A stretch of DNA of 64,000 nt from positions 30,949-94,948 of the forward strand of contig NMRA01000594.1 of NCBI GenBank assembly GCA_002633005.1. The letters run 5' to 3'. Within the stretch, counting starts at the first letter, position 1. Every line of letters starts with the position of its first letter. The notes below the pieces were generated by a model. The model had not been told where the DNA came from and searched no databases. It worked only from the letters and a program-made list of their open reading frames with translations. A program made the position numbers and the translations under genes. The stretch is from Phoronis australis. Its lineage: Eukaryota; Animalia; Phoronida. Shown here one piece after another: positions 11,671-23,615 of the stretch.

Positions 11671-13278
11671 ATCATTTCCCTCAGCCACAAGAAAGTAGAC
11701 TACCGCCTGTGTTTCATCAAGGGATTTTGAAACAGCCACAGAGGCTATGTCAAAATGAAGTTTTCTCGAAACATGATCATAAAAACGAGGACTTAGAATC
11801 AGCGCAGAGGAATAGGTACGAGCTACTGTAAGCTGCCTGTTTCAAGTGAATCCTAGCTAAGCTGACCAGCGATTAGCTCTAGTTCATCGAATCTACTGTT
11901 GGAACCCAGCTACTCGTCAGTGCGCTGGCCCTAGCCCATTCTTACACTGCGCAAAACTTTGTTGGTTCACGGTTACTAATCCTGATGGCTTCATCTCAGG
12001 CATTACCCCCCCCCCAACCCACCTATGGACCCCTTCCGAAAACACCACTGACAAAACAATTAATGCTCCTATCATTGGCAGGAAACTACATGTATTGGTA
12101 GTCAATGTTTGGTGCAATTGGTCTTTTAGTTCTCTGTGAACACGCTTTATACGAAATATTTAAATTGGCGGTCGAAACTGTGAGTTACAAAAAGCCTATC
12201 TCACATTTCGTTGTCTGCTTGATTCGTCTACGTTCGTACGTACGCAGGTACACCCTGATGGGTTTAGGCTGTCGCGAGGGGGGGGGNGGGGCGGATTTCT
12301 TTTCCATCTATGTCCTCCTATAAGTTATAGCCTTGACTACAATTTTTGTGAATACAGGTGTATTATAATTCTTCTTTTTTGTGCAGCAAGACTCATGAGA
12401 ATTTGCACTTATCAATCAAATGTCTTGGGCCAGTATCTACTATGCCTAATCAATGTCGTCGAGTACATAAATGTACATGTGTTACCACCTTTTTGAAATC
12501 ATTGGGATATTTGACAGACATGCTGTACATGATAATTTTATATTTCTTGCAGAGAAAACCTGTTCTCAGTTCATCATAATTCAAGAACTATAATTTGATA
12601 GTGTGACTATCCAGGTATATGAGGAACTATGAGCATTTGGGGTGCATTCAAAACAGGCGACAGCAAGTACTGTTAAATATCCAACTTTTCGTTTTACCAG
12701 GCTCGTGCATCGAAAGTGTTAGATTGGGTGAAATTGGCATGAAAATTGGTAAAGTTTAACTATGAAGACCATAGAAAAGTGAAAATATGTTATGCATGGG
12801 TGTTGAGGGAAGTTTATATTTGATAGTGCGTATGTTGATGTTGATGGAATAAGTATGACTTTCAGGAAGTGTTGACAGTGTTGTGCCACAAATAACTGAA
12901 GCTGGGAGTTAACGTAGGACAGGACAATGATGTGCTTAAAAGAATTTTGTCGTCGAAAGAGCCGTTTGTTTTCTGCTGGAGATCAGCCCATGCAGCGTAG
13001 AATAGAGCCTGCAACCCCGGGAGTCACAGCCTGACGCTCGGATGGCGGAGTTAAATCCTACTCGATGAACGGCAGTGTTTTAAGCGTACTTACACATGTG
13101 TCACTCATAACGTCACAGGTGTTAGTTTGAGTGAATGACTGGCAGAAAACGACAGACTTGGTGACTTGTTATCTAATCAGAAGAATCTCACAGAATGTTG
13201 GTGTTTTATAGATGTAGTCCAAATCAATAAATAACCTAATAACTGAATTAATGTCAGGCAGCTAGTACATAACCTTAC

Positions 13279-14072
13279 GGAAAATATTGTTTCGAACTTT
13301 TAACGCTGTATTTTTGTTCGGCGAAGCGGCCCACCAGTGAGCTTGCCTGGCGTGTAAAATTTGTGATAGGTGGAACGATGTTGAACGTACATGTAGTGCA
13401 ATTAATTGCAATCGGTTACATGGAGGGTTGATCTATCTGAACTATGTGATTGTCCACCACTGAATTTGTCTGGCAGTATTCATTCATGATACCTGGGTTA
13501 CATACATGAACTTACATTGCTACAGATTGTATGTGGTTGCCTCTTGGGTTGATCTACCTCATTAGACCTCGTTATTTATAATTGGCAGGCGCAGCCCACC
13601 AGAGATATTGTCTAGCATATATTAACTACTCCGCCACGTGAAGTGATGATAGACATTACGGCTTCAGGTTTAACCCAATATCTGGTGGGTTGTTCTAGCC
13701 CTACTCGGAAATTTGTGCGTGTCTGGAGAGGGTGTTCCACCAAAGAATATTTTTTGTTGTTTTTATGTATGATATTTTGGTCTATGTTGCATAAGTTGTA
13801 ACTGGTTTCGTGCAGTTACCTCTTCAACTGATCTAGGTCATTTTTGTCTTCAGTTATAACAGTCTGGCTGTTGTTCCCACCACTGATATTGTCTGACAGA
13901 GAGTTGGATTGAATAGCACATGTTGGTCTCGTAGGCATTTTAGGTAGTTACCAGAAAAGTTGATGTAGTTCAATTGTTGACGCCATTCCATGGACCCTTC
14001 GAACATAGCCACCAGACCAAGTATGCCAGATGACCACGAGCATATGGATACCTATGGAGCACTGTGGTAACC
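13279..14072 (-). pseudogene. Large exon: degenerate ankyrin repeat followed by ~47-aa (~140 bp) tandem repeats
   Basis: Acceptor TTTTCTAG then VTTVLH...RGHL..LVWWL..KG. Units containing DNISGG and L(D/E)QP recur about every 140 bp (CCACCA at ~13331, 13454, 13596, 13737, 13877). Donor GTAAGG near 13275. Stops present. Confidence 0.5.
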
Positions 14073-14109
14073 TAGAAAATTGGCTACCTTTCATGCCCAT
14101 AAACCCTCT

Positions 14110-14260
14110 TGGATCGCAGTCTGGTCATCAGAGTGCTCAGAGGCCCTGCTACTGTACAGGAGATCCTGGGTTCGATTCCTCGGGACACCGAAATTTTTCA
14201 GAATAGCAAGTAAAGGCATTCATACGAAAAACTGTTGTTGTGTGCTGAATGAAAATTTAT
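14110..14260 (+). mobile_element. tRNA-derived SINE remnant
   Basis: Pol III B-box GGTTCGATTCC (14169-14179) with a degenerate upstream A-box. No cloverleaf. Confidence 0.5.
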
Positions 14261-14354
14261 CAACGAACACTGTGTTGAAGATTTTACAGTATCAACAGCT
14301 GAAGTTTGTTCATTCCCTGGTTATCATCTAGTCTTTTGCTTGGAGGATGCTTAC

Positions 14355-14453
14355 CGTGTCCCGTTTATGTTTATAGGTTCCTTTGTCAAAGAGTTGTTTG
14401 AAAATCTCCAGGTTTCCTCCCAAAGCTGCATAATCCAGAGGTTCTCTGTTCCA
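14355..14453 (-). CDS. Ankyrin-repeat exon (99 nt, open)
   Basis: TTTTAG|WNREPLDYAALGGNLEIFKQLFDKGTYKHKRDT|GTAAGC. Confidence 0.8.
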
Positions 14454-15194
14454 CTAAAACAAATGTGATATCACATCAACAGTTTTGCAATGCCACAAAT
14501 TTATTGGTTGACACTTGGTAGAGTGTGAGGACGTACATGTAGCAGCATTGCAAAACAGTGACAAATCTTGAAAAAACCGTAAAACTGCTTAGCACGTAGA
14601 AGCACTCTGAGAAAATGAATTGAATAAAAATAACATAACTCGGTGGAGTGGGAGGACAATGGTGGATTACAAAACATTAAAAACCTTCTTCCAAAATCCC
14701 AAAGCTACTGTAATAGTATACTATGACGTACGCTCGTATATGAAATAAAGTGTCCTGAAATTAAGTTGCTTCAGCATATCGTCACATTTGCCGACATTCG
14801 ATAGCGAGACAACAGGATTCCCAGGTTAAAAAAGAAAGACACTTTTGATTAAATATGGGACATATGCAAATTGAACGGACGCTCAAAGGAGACGAAACTG
14901 AAGCCTTTCCCCCTTCGCTGGAATCTGTCAAGGGTAGACCGAGCAGCGGGGTTCAGCCAACAGTCACCGTGAAAGATCTTTGTAGACATTTTTGCTGGAA
15001 AACTTGGATAATCCAAAAAACAAAAACACATATTCCATGTCCTAAGGAAGTCCAAGTGGTCATTGTATTTGACGTGGCCCAATAACGCAGCATGTCAAAA
15101 TGTGTATTGATCCCTTTTTCGGACGACGGGTTAAAGCTACAAAAATCGGGTCTGTTGGAAAGCACGTTTCTTACACTTACGTGTATATACTTAC

Positions 15195-15293
15195 GTGGTC
15201 TGTTAGGTCGGCATTGGTTATTTTCTTCGACGCTAAGTCGAATATTTCGGGGTTACCTCCGTAAGCGGCGTAGTGCAAAAGGGTTCCACCACA
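15195..15293 (-). CDS. Ankyrin-repeat exon (99 nt, open)
   Basis: TTTGTAG|CGGTLLHYAAYGGNPEIFDLASKKITNADLTDH|GTAAGT. Confidence 0.8.
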
Positions 15294-15665
15294 CTACAAA
15301 TTGTGAAACAAGAAAAATTGGACTCATGCAACGATCATATTATTTCAGTCTAAGCGACTGACAGTGCAGCAGAAAACCAGCAAAGAAAAAGATCGCATAC
15401 AAAGTAATCATTAAGAATAGTATCACACAATCTGTCACGGTTGGTGGATTGATCCCCCCCCCAAAAAAAAACAGCGAATTCCGACAAAACAACCGAACTT
15501 TTGACATTAGTGCTGCTTCCCCAAGAGACATCCTGACACCAACTATTTGACGCTTGCTCTAACACAGATGTCAATATTAGCAGCACAATATCTTCATGAT
15601 ATAAGTTATACATGTATTATATATAAGTAGATTCATTCTATAATTTTGTAGTGTAAGTACTTGCC

Positions 15666-15788
15666 TTGTCCATTAAGCTAGCATCTGCTCCATTTTCCAG
15701 AAGAAGTTTGAACACTTCATAGTGACCTTTCCATTGATGTGCCAGTCGGCCCATTGGCTACAAAATGTGACGAGCGGTGAATGAAGCC
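15666..15788 (-). pseudogene. Ankyrin-repeat exon, frameshifted
   Basis: The 3' half reads KGHYEVFKLLLENGADASLMDK followed by GCAAGT (GC or mutated donor). The 5' half is out of frame. Confidence 0.7.
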
Positions 15789-15964
15789 CTGATACATGTA
15801 CATGTAACTGCTGCATTACAGGGCACTGAGTTATTTGCCGCCATGGAGTGGAAAGTTGCAGGGGTGCACCTATTGACACAAGTCTGCCACAATATGTAAC
15901 TTCAGTGCAGCATTGATGTGAGCAAATGGACCCCATTAGAATTCAAAAGCACGTACATGCAGAT

Positions 15965-17565
15965 TTTATTGAATGTGCTTTCGTGGATTTTAAGGCAGCC
16001 TATGACAGTATACATAGAAGCGCATTGTATTTTAAACTAAAGAACAATCTCATAGAAGGTAAGATGTATAAGATAATTAAAGCAATGTACGCTGAAGTAA
16101 AAGCGTGCGTGAGACTGAGTAACCGAAGCTACGCGGAGTTCTTTGATTGTCATAATGGTCTAAAACAAGGCTCTCAGCTATCACGGTTTTTGTTTATTTT
16201 ATTTATAAACGATCTCGAAAAAGAATTAGAATCCGGTGGCAGTGAAAAAATTTCCATGGGATCAGCTGAATTATTGCATCTGCTGTTTGCTGATGATTTG
16301 GTTTTATTTTCTTATAGTGTGAAAGGACTGCAGAAAAAAATTGAACATTTTATATGAGTATAGTCAGAAATGGAAATTGATTGTTAACATGTCGAAGACT
16401 AAGATAATTGTTTTCAGAAAAGGTGGAATTTTACGATCGTATGAAAAATGGACGTATGATGGGAATACTGTAAATATTGTAAATGCATACAAATATCTAG
16501 GATTAATGTTTACTACGAAAGGTTCGTGGTCTTGCGCACAGAAAACTCTATCATTACAGGCTACTAAGGCAGTGAATTTAATGAGAAAAAATGTCAATGG
16601 TTTTAATAAACTCCCTGTTAAAGTTAGTTTAAAATTATTCGATTGTAAAATATTGCCGATACTTCATTATGGTTGTGAGATCTGGGGTTTTAGTGATTAC
16701 GAATGTATAGAAATAGTCCACACAAAATTTTGTAAAGAAATTTTGAATTTGCCTAGCACGGCAATTTCATCGACTGCTAGAGGTGAGATGGGTCGTTACT
16801 CCATGATTGCTTACCGACTTCCTAGAATTATGAAATATTGGTTAAAACTATTAAGAACCGATGAGTCAAAAATTACATATCATTGCTATGAATGGCAGTA
16901 CAATATGACGGAAAATGTTAATAAACCGTGCTGGGTTAATGATGTTAAGAAATTGCTATTTCAGTTTGGTTTTGGAGAGGCATGGTATAATCAGGGTGTA
17001 GGTTCCGAGACAAGCTTCATATCACTTTTTAAACAAAGATGCAGATATTGATCAGCAAAAATGGCAAGATATTTTGAACAATTCGATTAAGCTGGAAACT
17101 TACAGAACTTTTAAGTTAAATATATGTTTTGAAAACTATTTAGATGTAATTGACAATGTAAATGTTTGATCTGATATGGTAAGATTGAGATGTTCAGCGC
17201 ATGCACTAATGATTGAAAAGGGTAGACACTTGAAACTTAGCAGAACAGAAAGGTTATGCCCTCTCTGTGTTAGGACATATGTTGAGTCAGAATATCATTT
17301 TGTTATCGAATGCTCATTCTACGATGACCTAAAGAAACGATATTTGTCTGGATGGAGCTACAACAACCCCAATGTTACAAAATTCAACAGACTCATGACT
17401 ATGGAGGAAAAAGATCTGATATGGTCAACATGTAAATATGTTCATTTCGCATTCAAGCGAAGAAGAATTCGGTTTACTTCTAGTGTTTGACACTTACCTT
17501 TATTGTATTTGATGATTTGATTGTAACAAGGGCCGGGGGCCTAGTTATTGAATAAATATACTAAT
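15965..17565 (+). mobile_element. 5'-truncated non-LTR retrotransposon, RTEX-like ORF2 (reverse transcriptase plus C-terminal Cys/His motif)
   Basis: RT motifs FVDFKAAYDSI, GLKQGSQLS..LF and LLFADD, then VNMSKTK, YKYLG, PILHYGCEIW, RGEMGR, and C-terminal LRCSAH.L.IEKGR...RLC..C...ESEYHF..EC. AATAAA near the 3' end. Frameshift at ~16340 and stops near 17050 and 17168. Confidence 0.9.
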
Positions 17566-20500
17566 ATGTAGAATATTGACGACCTATTCGAACATCGGAT
17601 ACCCCGCTCCTATAGGGTTAATTCAAAAGGTAAGAGTTCTTCTTTCAGGAAATCAGAGCAGAGATAATTTTTCCTTCGATCATTTCAAAACAAAAAAGCA
17701 GCAAAATATCAATTGATTCCAATATCGTGGCCCACCTTTCAAGAGCGGCCCGAGAATTTGGAGCAAAAGAGTGACCTGGACAAATTGCTATCCAGTTTTT
17801 AATGGTTGTATAGCGTCAGTGTGATAAGGAATCGCAATGGTTCCATCCGATAAAATCGTAAACTAGATATTGCACATCTAGAGTTTGTAGGGTCAGGAAT
17901 CATTAAGGAATTTCGACATTTTGAATTTAGCGTCAGGGTCCCTAAAAACACAGCATAGTTGACTTTGTCCCTATAACATTTAACATATTAAAATGAAACG
18001 ACTGAAAAGGAACACAAATTTGCTTTGTACCAGCCTGAAACAAAAATTTTGAGGTGGTAAAGCGAAAACGATTCGTGAACTACATGTATTATTCAGAAGT
18101 TTGCTAATGTCAAAACCCATCTGAGAGGATAATTCCAGTTGAGTGCATGTATAAGTAGGTTCCAGGGTCTTCGGCGTTCCCGTGATACAAGACGAGGTTG
18201 TGGTCTTTAGCTTCAACAACAATTTGCATGGCCAAGGTCAATTGAATCCGAGACATTAGGCGCTTGCCGACCACAACACAGTAAGTAGAGATAGCGTAGT
18301 AAGTGTAGGTTATAGTCCTGCGTTGAACCGGTGTGTATTCTGCCGTTGGCTAACATTATCAGTCTGTAGTTGCCAAGCAAAGACCATTTGCGTGTTTGTA
18401 CAAAGGGGCGCATAGCAGATAAATCGCTGATGTAGAATCTGAACGTGGACGTTTTTATAACGCTTAATCCTCCCAAATTGTCTCAAGTACCTTCATCAAA
18501 TTCACAAACATGCTAAAATTTCGGTCAAGTCTTTATGAATAAAGAATGATATGCTAAAAGAAAATGTCAGGTATTGACAAACTGGATAATTAACTGCGCA
18601 TTTGAAATGTACCGATTTCAGCATGGGGACAGTGCAACCAAGTTTGTTAAATATTTAATAAAAGTTATTAGATTGGAATCATTTTAGTTACTCAAAGGTT
18701 TGTCTGAAAGCCTAAATATTGTTTTATCTACTATCCTCGAAATGTTTCAAAGGTATTAAAATTGGCAGATTTCAGTACAAGAAGTTATGCAATGTGACTG
18801 GCCTGGATGAGCGACAGGTGGTAAAAGAAGTCCCATTTCTCTTTGTTAACACTGAGTAATATGACAAAAATATCATTTTCGAAGATGGATCAGCACATGA
18901 CGAAATTTCATACTATACATGGATGTTCGTGACATGTGATGTTTTTGAATATTTCATTTTGCTTGGATTTCACATGCAGGTCTACATAAATTGAAAAACT
19001 ACAGGAAAACACCGGCACTGGATTTCATCATAATAGGGGGCCTTTTCCCTGAGGGAGACTTTAATTATAGTATTATGTAGAATTCGAAAAGCGACTTAAG
19101 GGAAGCAACTCAACTCATAATTGGTAGACACAACAGTTTTCTGAAAACAGACGTTTACGCATAGTGTAACGTGCATTTTTGTTTCCCATGGTTCGTAAGC
19201 AAAGCATTATTTTGAGCCGAGGGGCAATAGAATAAAAGTTCCTCAGGCCCCCAAAGCGTGATAATGAAAATTTGTGGTTCGGTAGTTTCAATTTCAGGCA
19301 GTCACATTTTCAGCAAATTGTCAAAAAGGCGCACATAGCTGAAACCAGGCACCGTATTTTGTACAAAAAATTAACATCGGTATTCAATGTTGGAGCGCGT
19401 TCTTTGAAATCTTTAAGGTTAGATTAGACTATCATTGTCTCATAGATTAATTACTAAGGTTGTCTAGGGTTACATAACAAAAGAGTTGCAATCCGAAAAC
19501 AAGGGCTTACATGTGAACGGATTATTGAAATGATCACGTTCGAAAAGCAATACATACATGTTCTTTACGACTTGTCCATGGAACGATATTTTCATGATGC
19601 CGCCAGAACCTCTACAAAATATATCAAACACGTGTGCAGAGATAACACTTGATTCATTACTGTTTTGCATCAAGTGGGCACCCTCTCGTCCATAATTTAC
19701 ATCATACAATGGTACAGTATAACATTTAACAAGAAAAAATAAAACAAATATCATGGGATTCAGGTAACGTCATATCAGTTGTGGCAACTCAGTCGGATGC
19801 TTTCGCTACATTGTGACAATTTAATTTAAGTTACGATACGTGTTGCCTGTGATAACAATGACGGCGATTTCCCTCGAAGCAGAACCAAACAAGATTCAAG
19901 TTACAGCAGTCAGATGGTGGGATCAGTCACATAGGACACTTAGATATGACTGAATTTTACATTTGCCCTAACCCGGTTAGCCGCCACAATTTTACTCGTT
20001 CAGGCACAAGTAGTAACGCCACTTTTTTGACCAAGTTACATGTAGTAGCACGGGGACTGCTCACCGCGAGGTTCGCCATAATTACATTCTTCATCAAACA
20101 ATTTCCTCTCTCAGGAAGTTAGAAACGTTGTTAAACGTAAAATATCTAGCTGTTCTGATGCTAATGAGTCTAAGCCTCAAGGCACTAGTAGTAAGCCACT
20201 TAATGTAGTTTATGGACTAAGCCATCATACAATAAACGATTAACGATGGGATCGTTAGCGTTTTGAATACTTTTCAGTCCATGTATTCAAAATCTAAATG
20301 TCACCTTAACGATTGCACGGATAATTTTAGGAAAACATACCCATGGCTATGGGTGAATGACTGGTGACATGGCTGCAATCACAGCCACAGCCACAAGGCG
20401 GCTCAAGTCCGTCGTGAGTCAAGTTAGAGAATTTGTGGGTCTCGGGAAAAAGATGAAAAAATCGACATAATTTTAATGTTTCAGTTGGTCCAATATAAGA

Positions 20501-20650
20501 AATGTGTCAATGAAAACTTAATACTATACGCCAATGATGCAGAGACGCGACCCTTAAAATATCCGTGGATCGACATTTTAGTCCTAGTTTTTTTTTAGTT
20601 AACACCAAGACAGTTTCGTCTCTATCATAAGCACAGTACGACAGGATTTT

Positions 20651-20680
20651 TGTAGTGTAGTGTAGTGTAGTGTAGTGTAG
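20651..20680 (+). repeat. (GTAGT)n microsatellite
   Basis: About six tandem GTAGT units. Confidence 0.9.
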
Positions 20681-20754
20681 GCTACCAGTATTCTATGAAC
20701 CTGGTGAGTATGAGGTTGGTCCCTGAGTCTCTCATTGGTTTCTGTTCATGTGCA

Positions 20755-20935
20755 AGCGCTGGGAGCCGACCTTATGAATAGAGATGCAGCCTACTTGTCC
20801 AAGAACTGCAAGTTATGCTCTCGTCACTTCGAGGAGTCCATGTACTTGAATTCTATGAAGCACAAGCTGATATGGAATTCAGTGCTAACGATATTTGATG
20901 TCCCGAATCCACTAAAAATGAAGGTGCCAAAAAGT
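20755..20935 (+). mobile_element. THAP domain fragment (P-element or THAP-hAT type transposase remnant)
   Basis: DL.NRDAAYLSKNCKLCSRHFEESMY....KLIWNSVLTIFDVPNP matches the C-terminal half of THAP (CxxHF...AVPTIF). Confidence 0.7.
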
Positions 20936-23494
20936 TCTTCGTTGGTCAGATTTTCTTGTTGTATCGGTGTATGTGTTGCCTGTTTTGTACGTTTTTAGAG
21001 ATTGTGATTAAGTTAAGTCCCAGTTGTGGCTAGGTAACAGATATGATCTTGTGGTCTGATTGTTATTGGTAATAATAACATTGGGTATACAAAATTAAAT
21101 TTTGGTTTTATCATCCAAGTCTTTTTAATTCCGAGTTTTGTATGAAGTTGTGTGGGTAGTGAATATTTTCATTGCTGTTCAGTACCTCTTAAATTTTTTG
21201 TCATGACATTTTGAATTTTGACTAGTTATGAGTGATGGTATACTTAATGTTACTACGTTTTGTAAGTTGTGAGCTATTCTACTGATTAGCAACTGACTTG
21301 TAACTATCGGTGATTATATTGGGAGAGTGGGAAGTTTACCTGTACTGACATGTCTAAGAAATAATGGAATGTTCCAAACTAATATGTGAGAGTGCATCGG
21401 AATGGATTAAAATTTTGTGGTAGTAATGATTTGCCTTACTTTCTTCTTCTTACTTGTGCACCAAACAGTTGTTGGCATTCCTAATATCCTGGTGCATTGG
21501 ATAGGGAACACATGCGAATTTGTTGAGTGGAGATGAAACCAGCAGTGAGCTGGGAGCAACATGTTGTCAATGGTCAGGGGAGCAACCAACATTTGTGACA
21601 ATTGGAGGGGGCTCAACACTCATGTGGCATGCCCCATTGGTTTTTACATGTTTAGCACTGCTCCATGTAACTCCCCTGGGAGGGCGTCAACACCCATTTG
21701 GCGCCCACATAGTTTATGCCTGATACCCCTTTGTTGGCACCTGAGGGCAATTCCCCTCTGAACCACTAGGAGCAATCATTCAAATTATGTAGTCCATGGA
21801 GGTATGAACTGTTATAAGGAAAGATAATTTGCCTTGTTAAGGACTCAAACATGAAACAAAATCATGACAGATTTTGAATGGAGCTTTAACAGAATAAAAA
21901 CAAATACACTTTAATATTAATTAAAACACACATTTTCATTCTCATTCAATTATAAATAGATGATAGTTTGCGTATTTTAATAATTTTCAATCACACAGTA
22001 CTTTCATTGCACGTCGAACGCCATTGAAGTAGGAATTTATAAGTGTTTACATTGTTCGGACTGCGCTCCTAAGTAAGTGTTGATTATTCACCGCTTGGGG
22101 GCTAGTGTTTCGACCGGTAACCATTGCGACGAATGGCCAAATGGCGGAGTGAACTCTCCTATACTACTACTCTCCTAGATAACTCGGTACAGCCCAAGAT
22201 GTTGTGCATGAGAGGGGCCCTACCTTCTAGCGGGGCAAATTTGTAAAGGTATAGTCTAAGTACGTCATTACAGAGCCCTTAGAATAGATGGGGGTTGTCG
22301 AATGCTAATGGGAGGAACGGGTGTGGCGAAACGGCTGCTAGTGACAGGCCGAGGGCCTACTCTAGTCAAATGTTCGTGGTCTGGGGGGAGGGGCCTCAAA
22401 GCTGACAAACCTTCAGAGTTACTTATGTATTCAAGCAAATAAGTGTAAAACTGTATGCAATACTTGTCACGTACAAGGATCCTATCCACTGAATGATGAA
22501 CATTGTCGGCTTCTTAGAACAATCGTATCATGCCATGTGGCCTGTGCCGTATTGGTGACATGATATGTTGTAGAATCCGCTAATTTATGTGTTATGGGCT
22601 TAGAAACATAGGTATATATAAGAGGCCAAAGATATCCTGGATACAAGGTACATGCAACACCATATCTACATGTATGAGTTTCCCGCTCTTTGTGGATGCA
22701 TCACACTGTAAAATTAACGCCAACGTTGGACTTACGGTAATTTAGTGAATATACTGTTGATTTCAAGAGATTAAGTAGAAAATTCAAACACTTACCCTTG
22801 GATGTCGAGGCAAATGGGCTCCCTTGAAAGCCAGTAAAGATAGTAGAGATTCTTTAAGACCCTATACAACGAAAGTAACTAAGTTAAGCCTTCGGGTGTT
22901 CAAATTTATGTGACTTGTAAGCTTTATTCTTTGCATTCTTCTATTAAGATAAAGTGAATTGCCAGCGAAAGAAACATGCAGAGAGGTTATCGGCGCCAAA
23001 ATCGTTGTTAGCCCGTTGGACATTTTTTCAGTTACGCAGTAATTACAAAGTCATCGGAAAATTCTGATATTTACAAGAACATTACAAACGTGAAGTAAGG
23101 GGACAAAGACGGCAAATGTTAGTTTTGGTACCGCATGTAACTGAATGTAAGAAGCGACACAAACGGTATATCCTGCTGATCAGAGTTGAAATACTTTCAA
23201 CAAGAAATCCGTTTGCGTATTGCGAAATGCAGATCTCAGAAAGGGGTGCCATGTGAACGCCCTTTTTGTCATCATGGTGTAAATCAACCATGATTTAAAT
23301 CTAATGCAAAACGCAAGAGGACCATACGAGTATGCATATACTTTCAGCGGCAGTGACGCCCAGAATGAAAATCTATTGCTGGTGAGAAACTGAAAGGTTT
23401 ACTAAAACAATTGCCAACCGTCCGGTACACGTTGTACAAGACATGGGCAGGCGCTGACCACCTGGAACCATTTTCGTGGTTTATTAATATATAG

Positions 23495-23615
23495 TTAAAA
23501 CCGAGCTGAGGAGTTAGAAACCTGACCCAAGGGTCTAGCAGTGTGGCCCAGCAAGACTCGAACCCACGACCTCGAGTAAAGAAAGCGGGCACCTATCACA
23601 CTAGGCCACAGTGCC
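23495..23615 (-). mobile_element. tRNA-derived SINE with CORE-like segment
   Basis: Minus strand: A-box TGGCCTAGTGTG, B-box GGTTCGAGTC, then CCCTTGGGTCAGGTTTCTAAC, resembling the CORE CCTTGGGCAAG..CTTAAC motif. Confidence 0.65.

Noticed and set aside
13320-14020. Kelch repeat domain
   Set aside because: The period and GG doublet fit, but the hydrophobic strand before GG and the conserved Tyr/Trp are not visible.
14110-14200. Functional tRNA genes (also 23520-23615 and 46990-47058)
   Set aside because: Only A/B boxes are present; no acceptor stem or cloverleaf could be formed, so they are treated as SINE heads.
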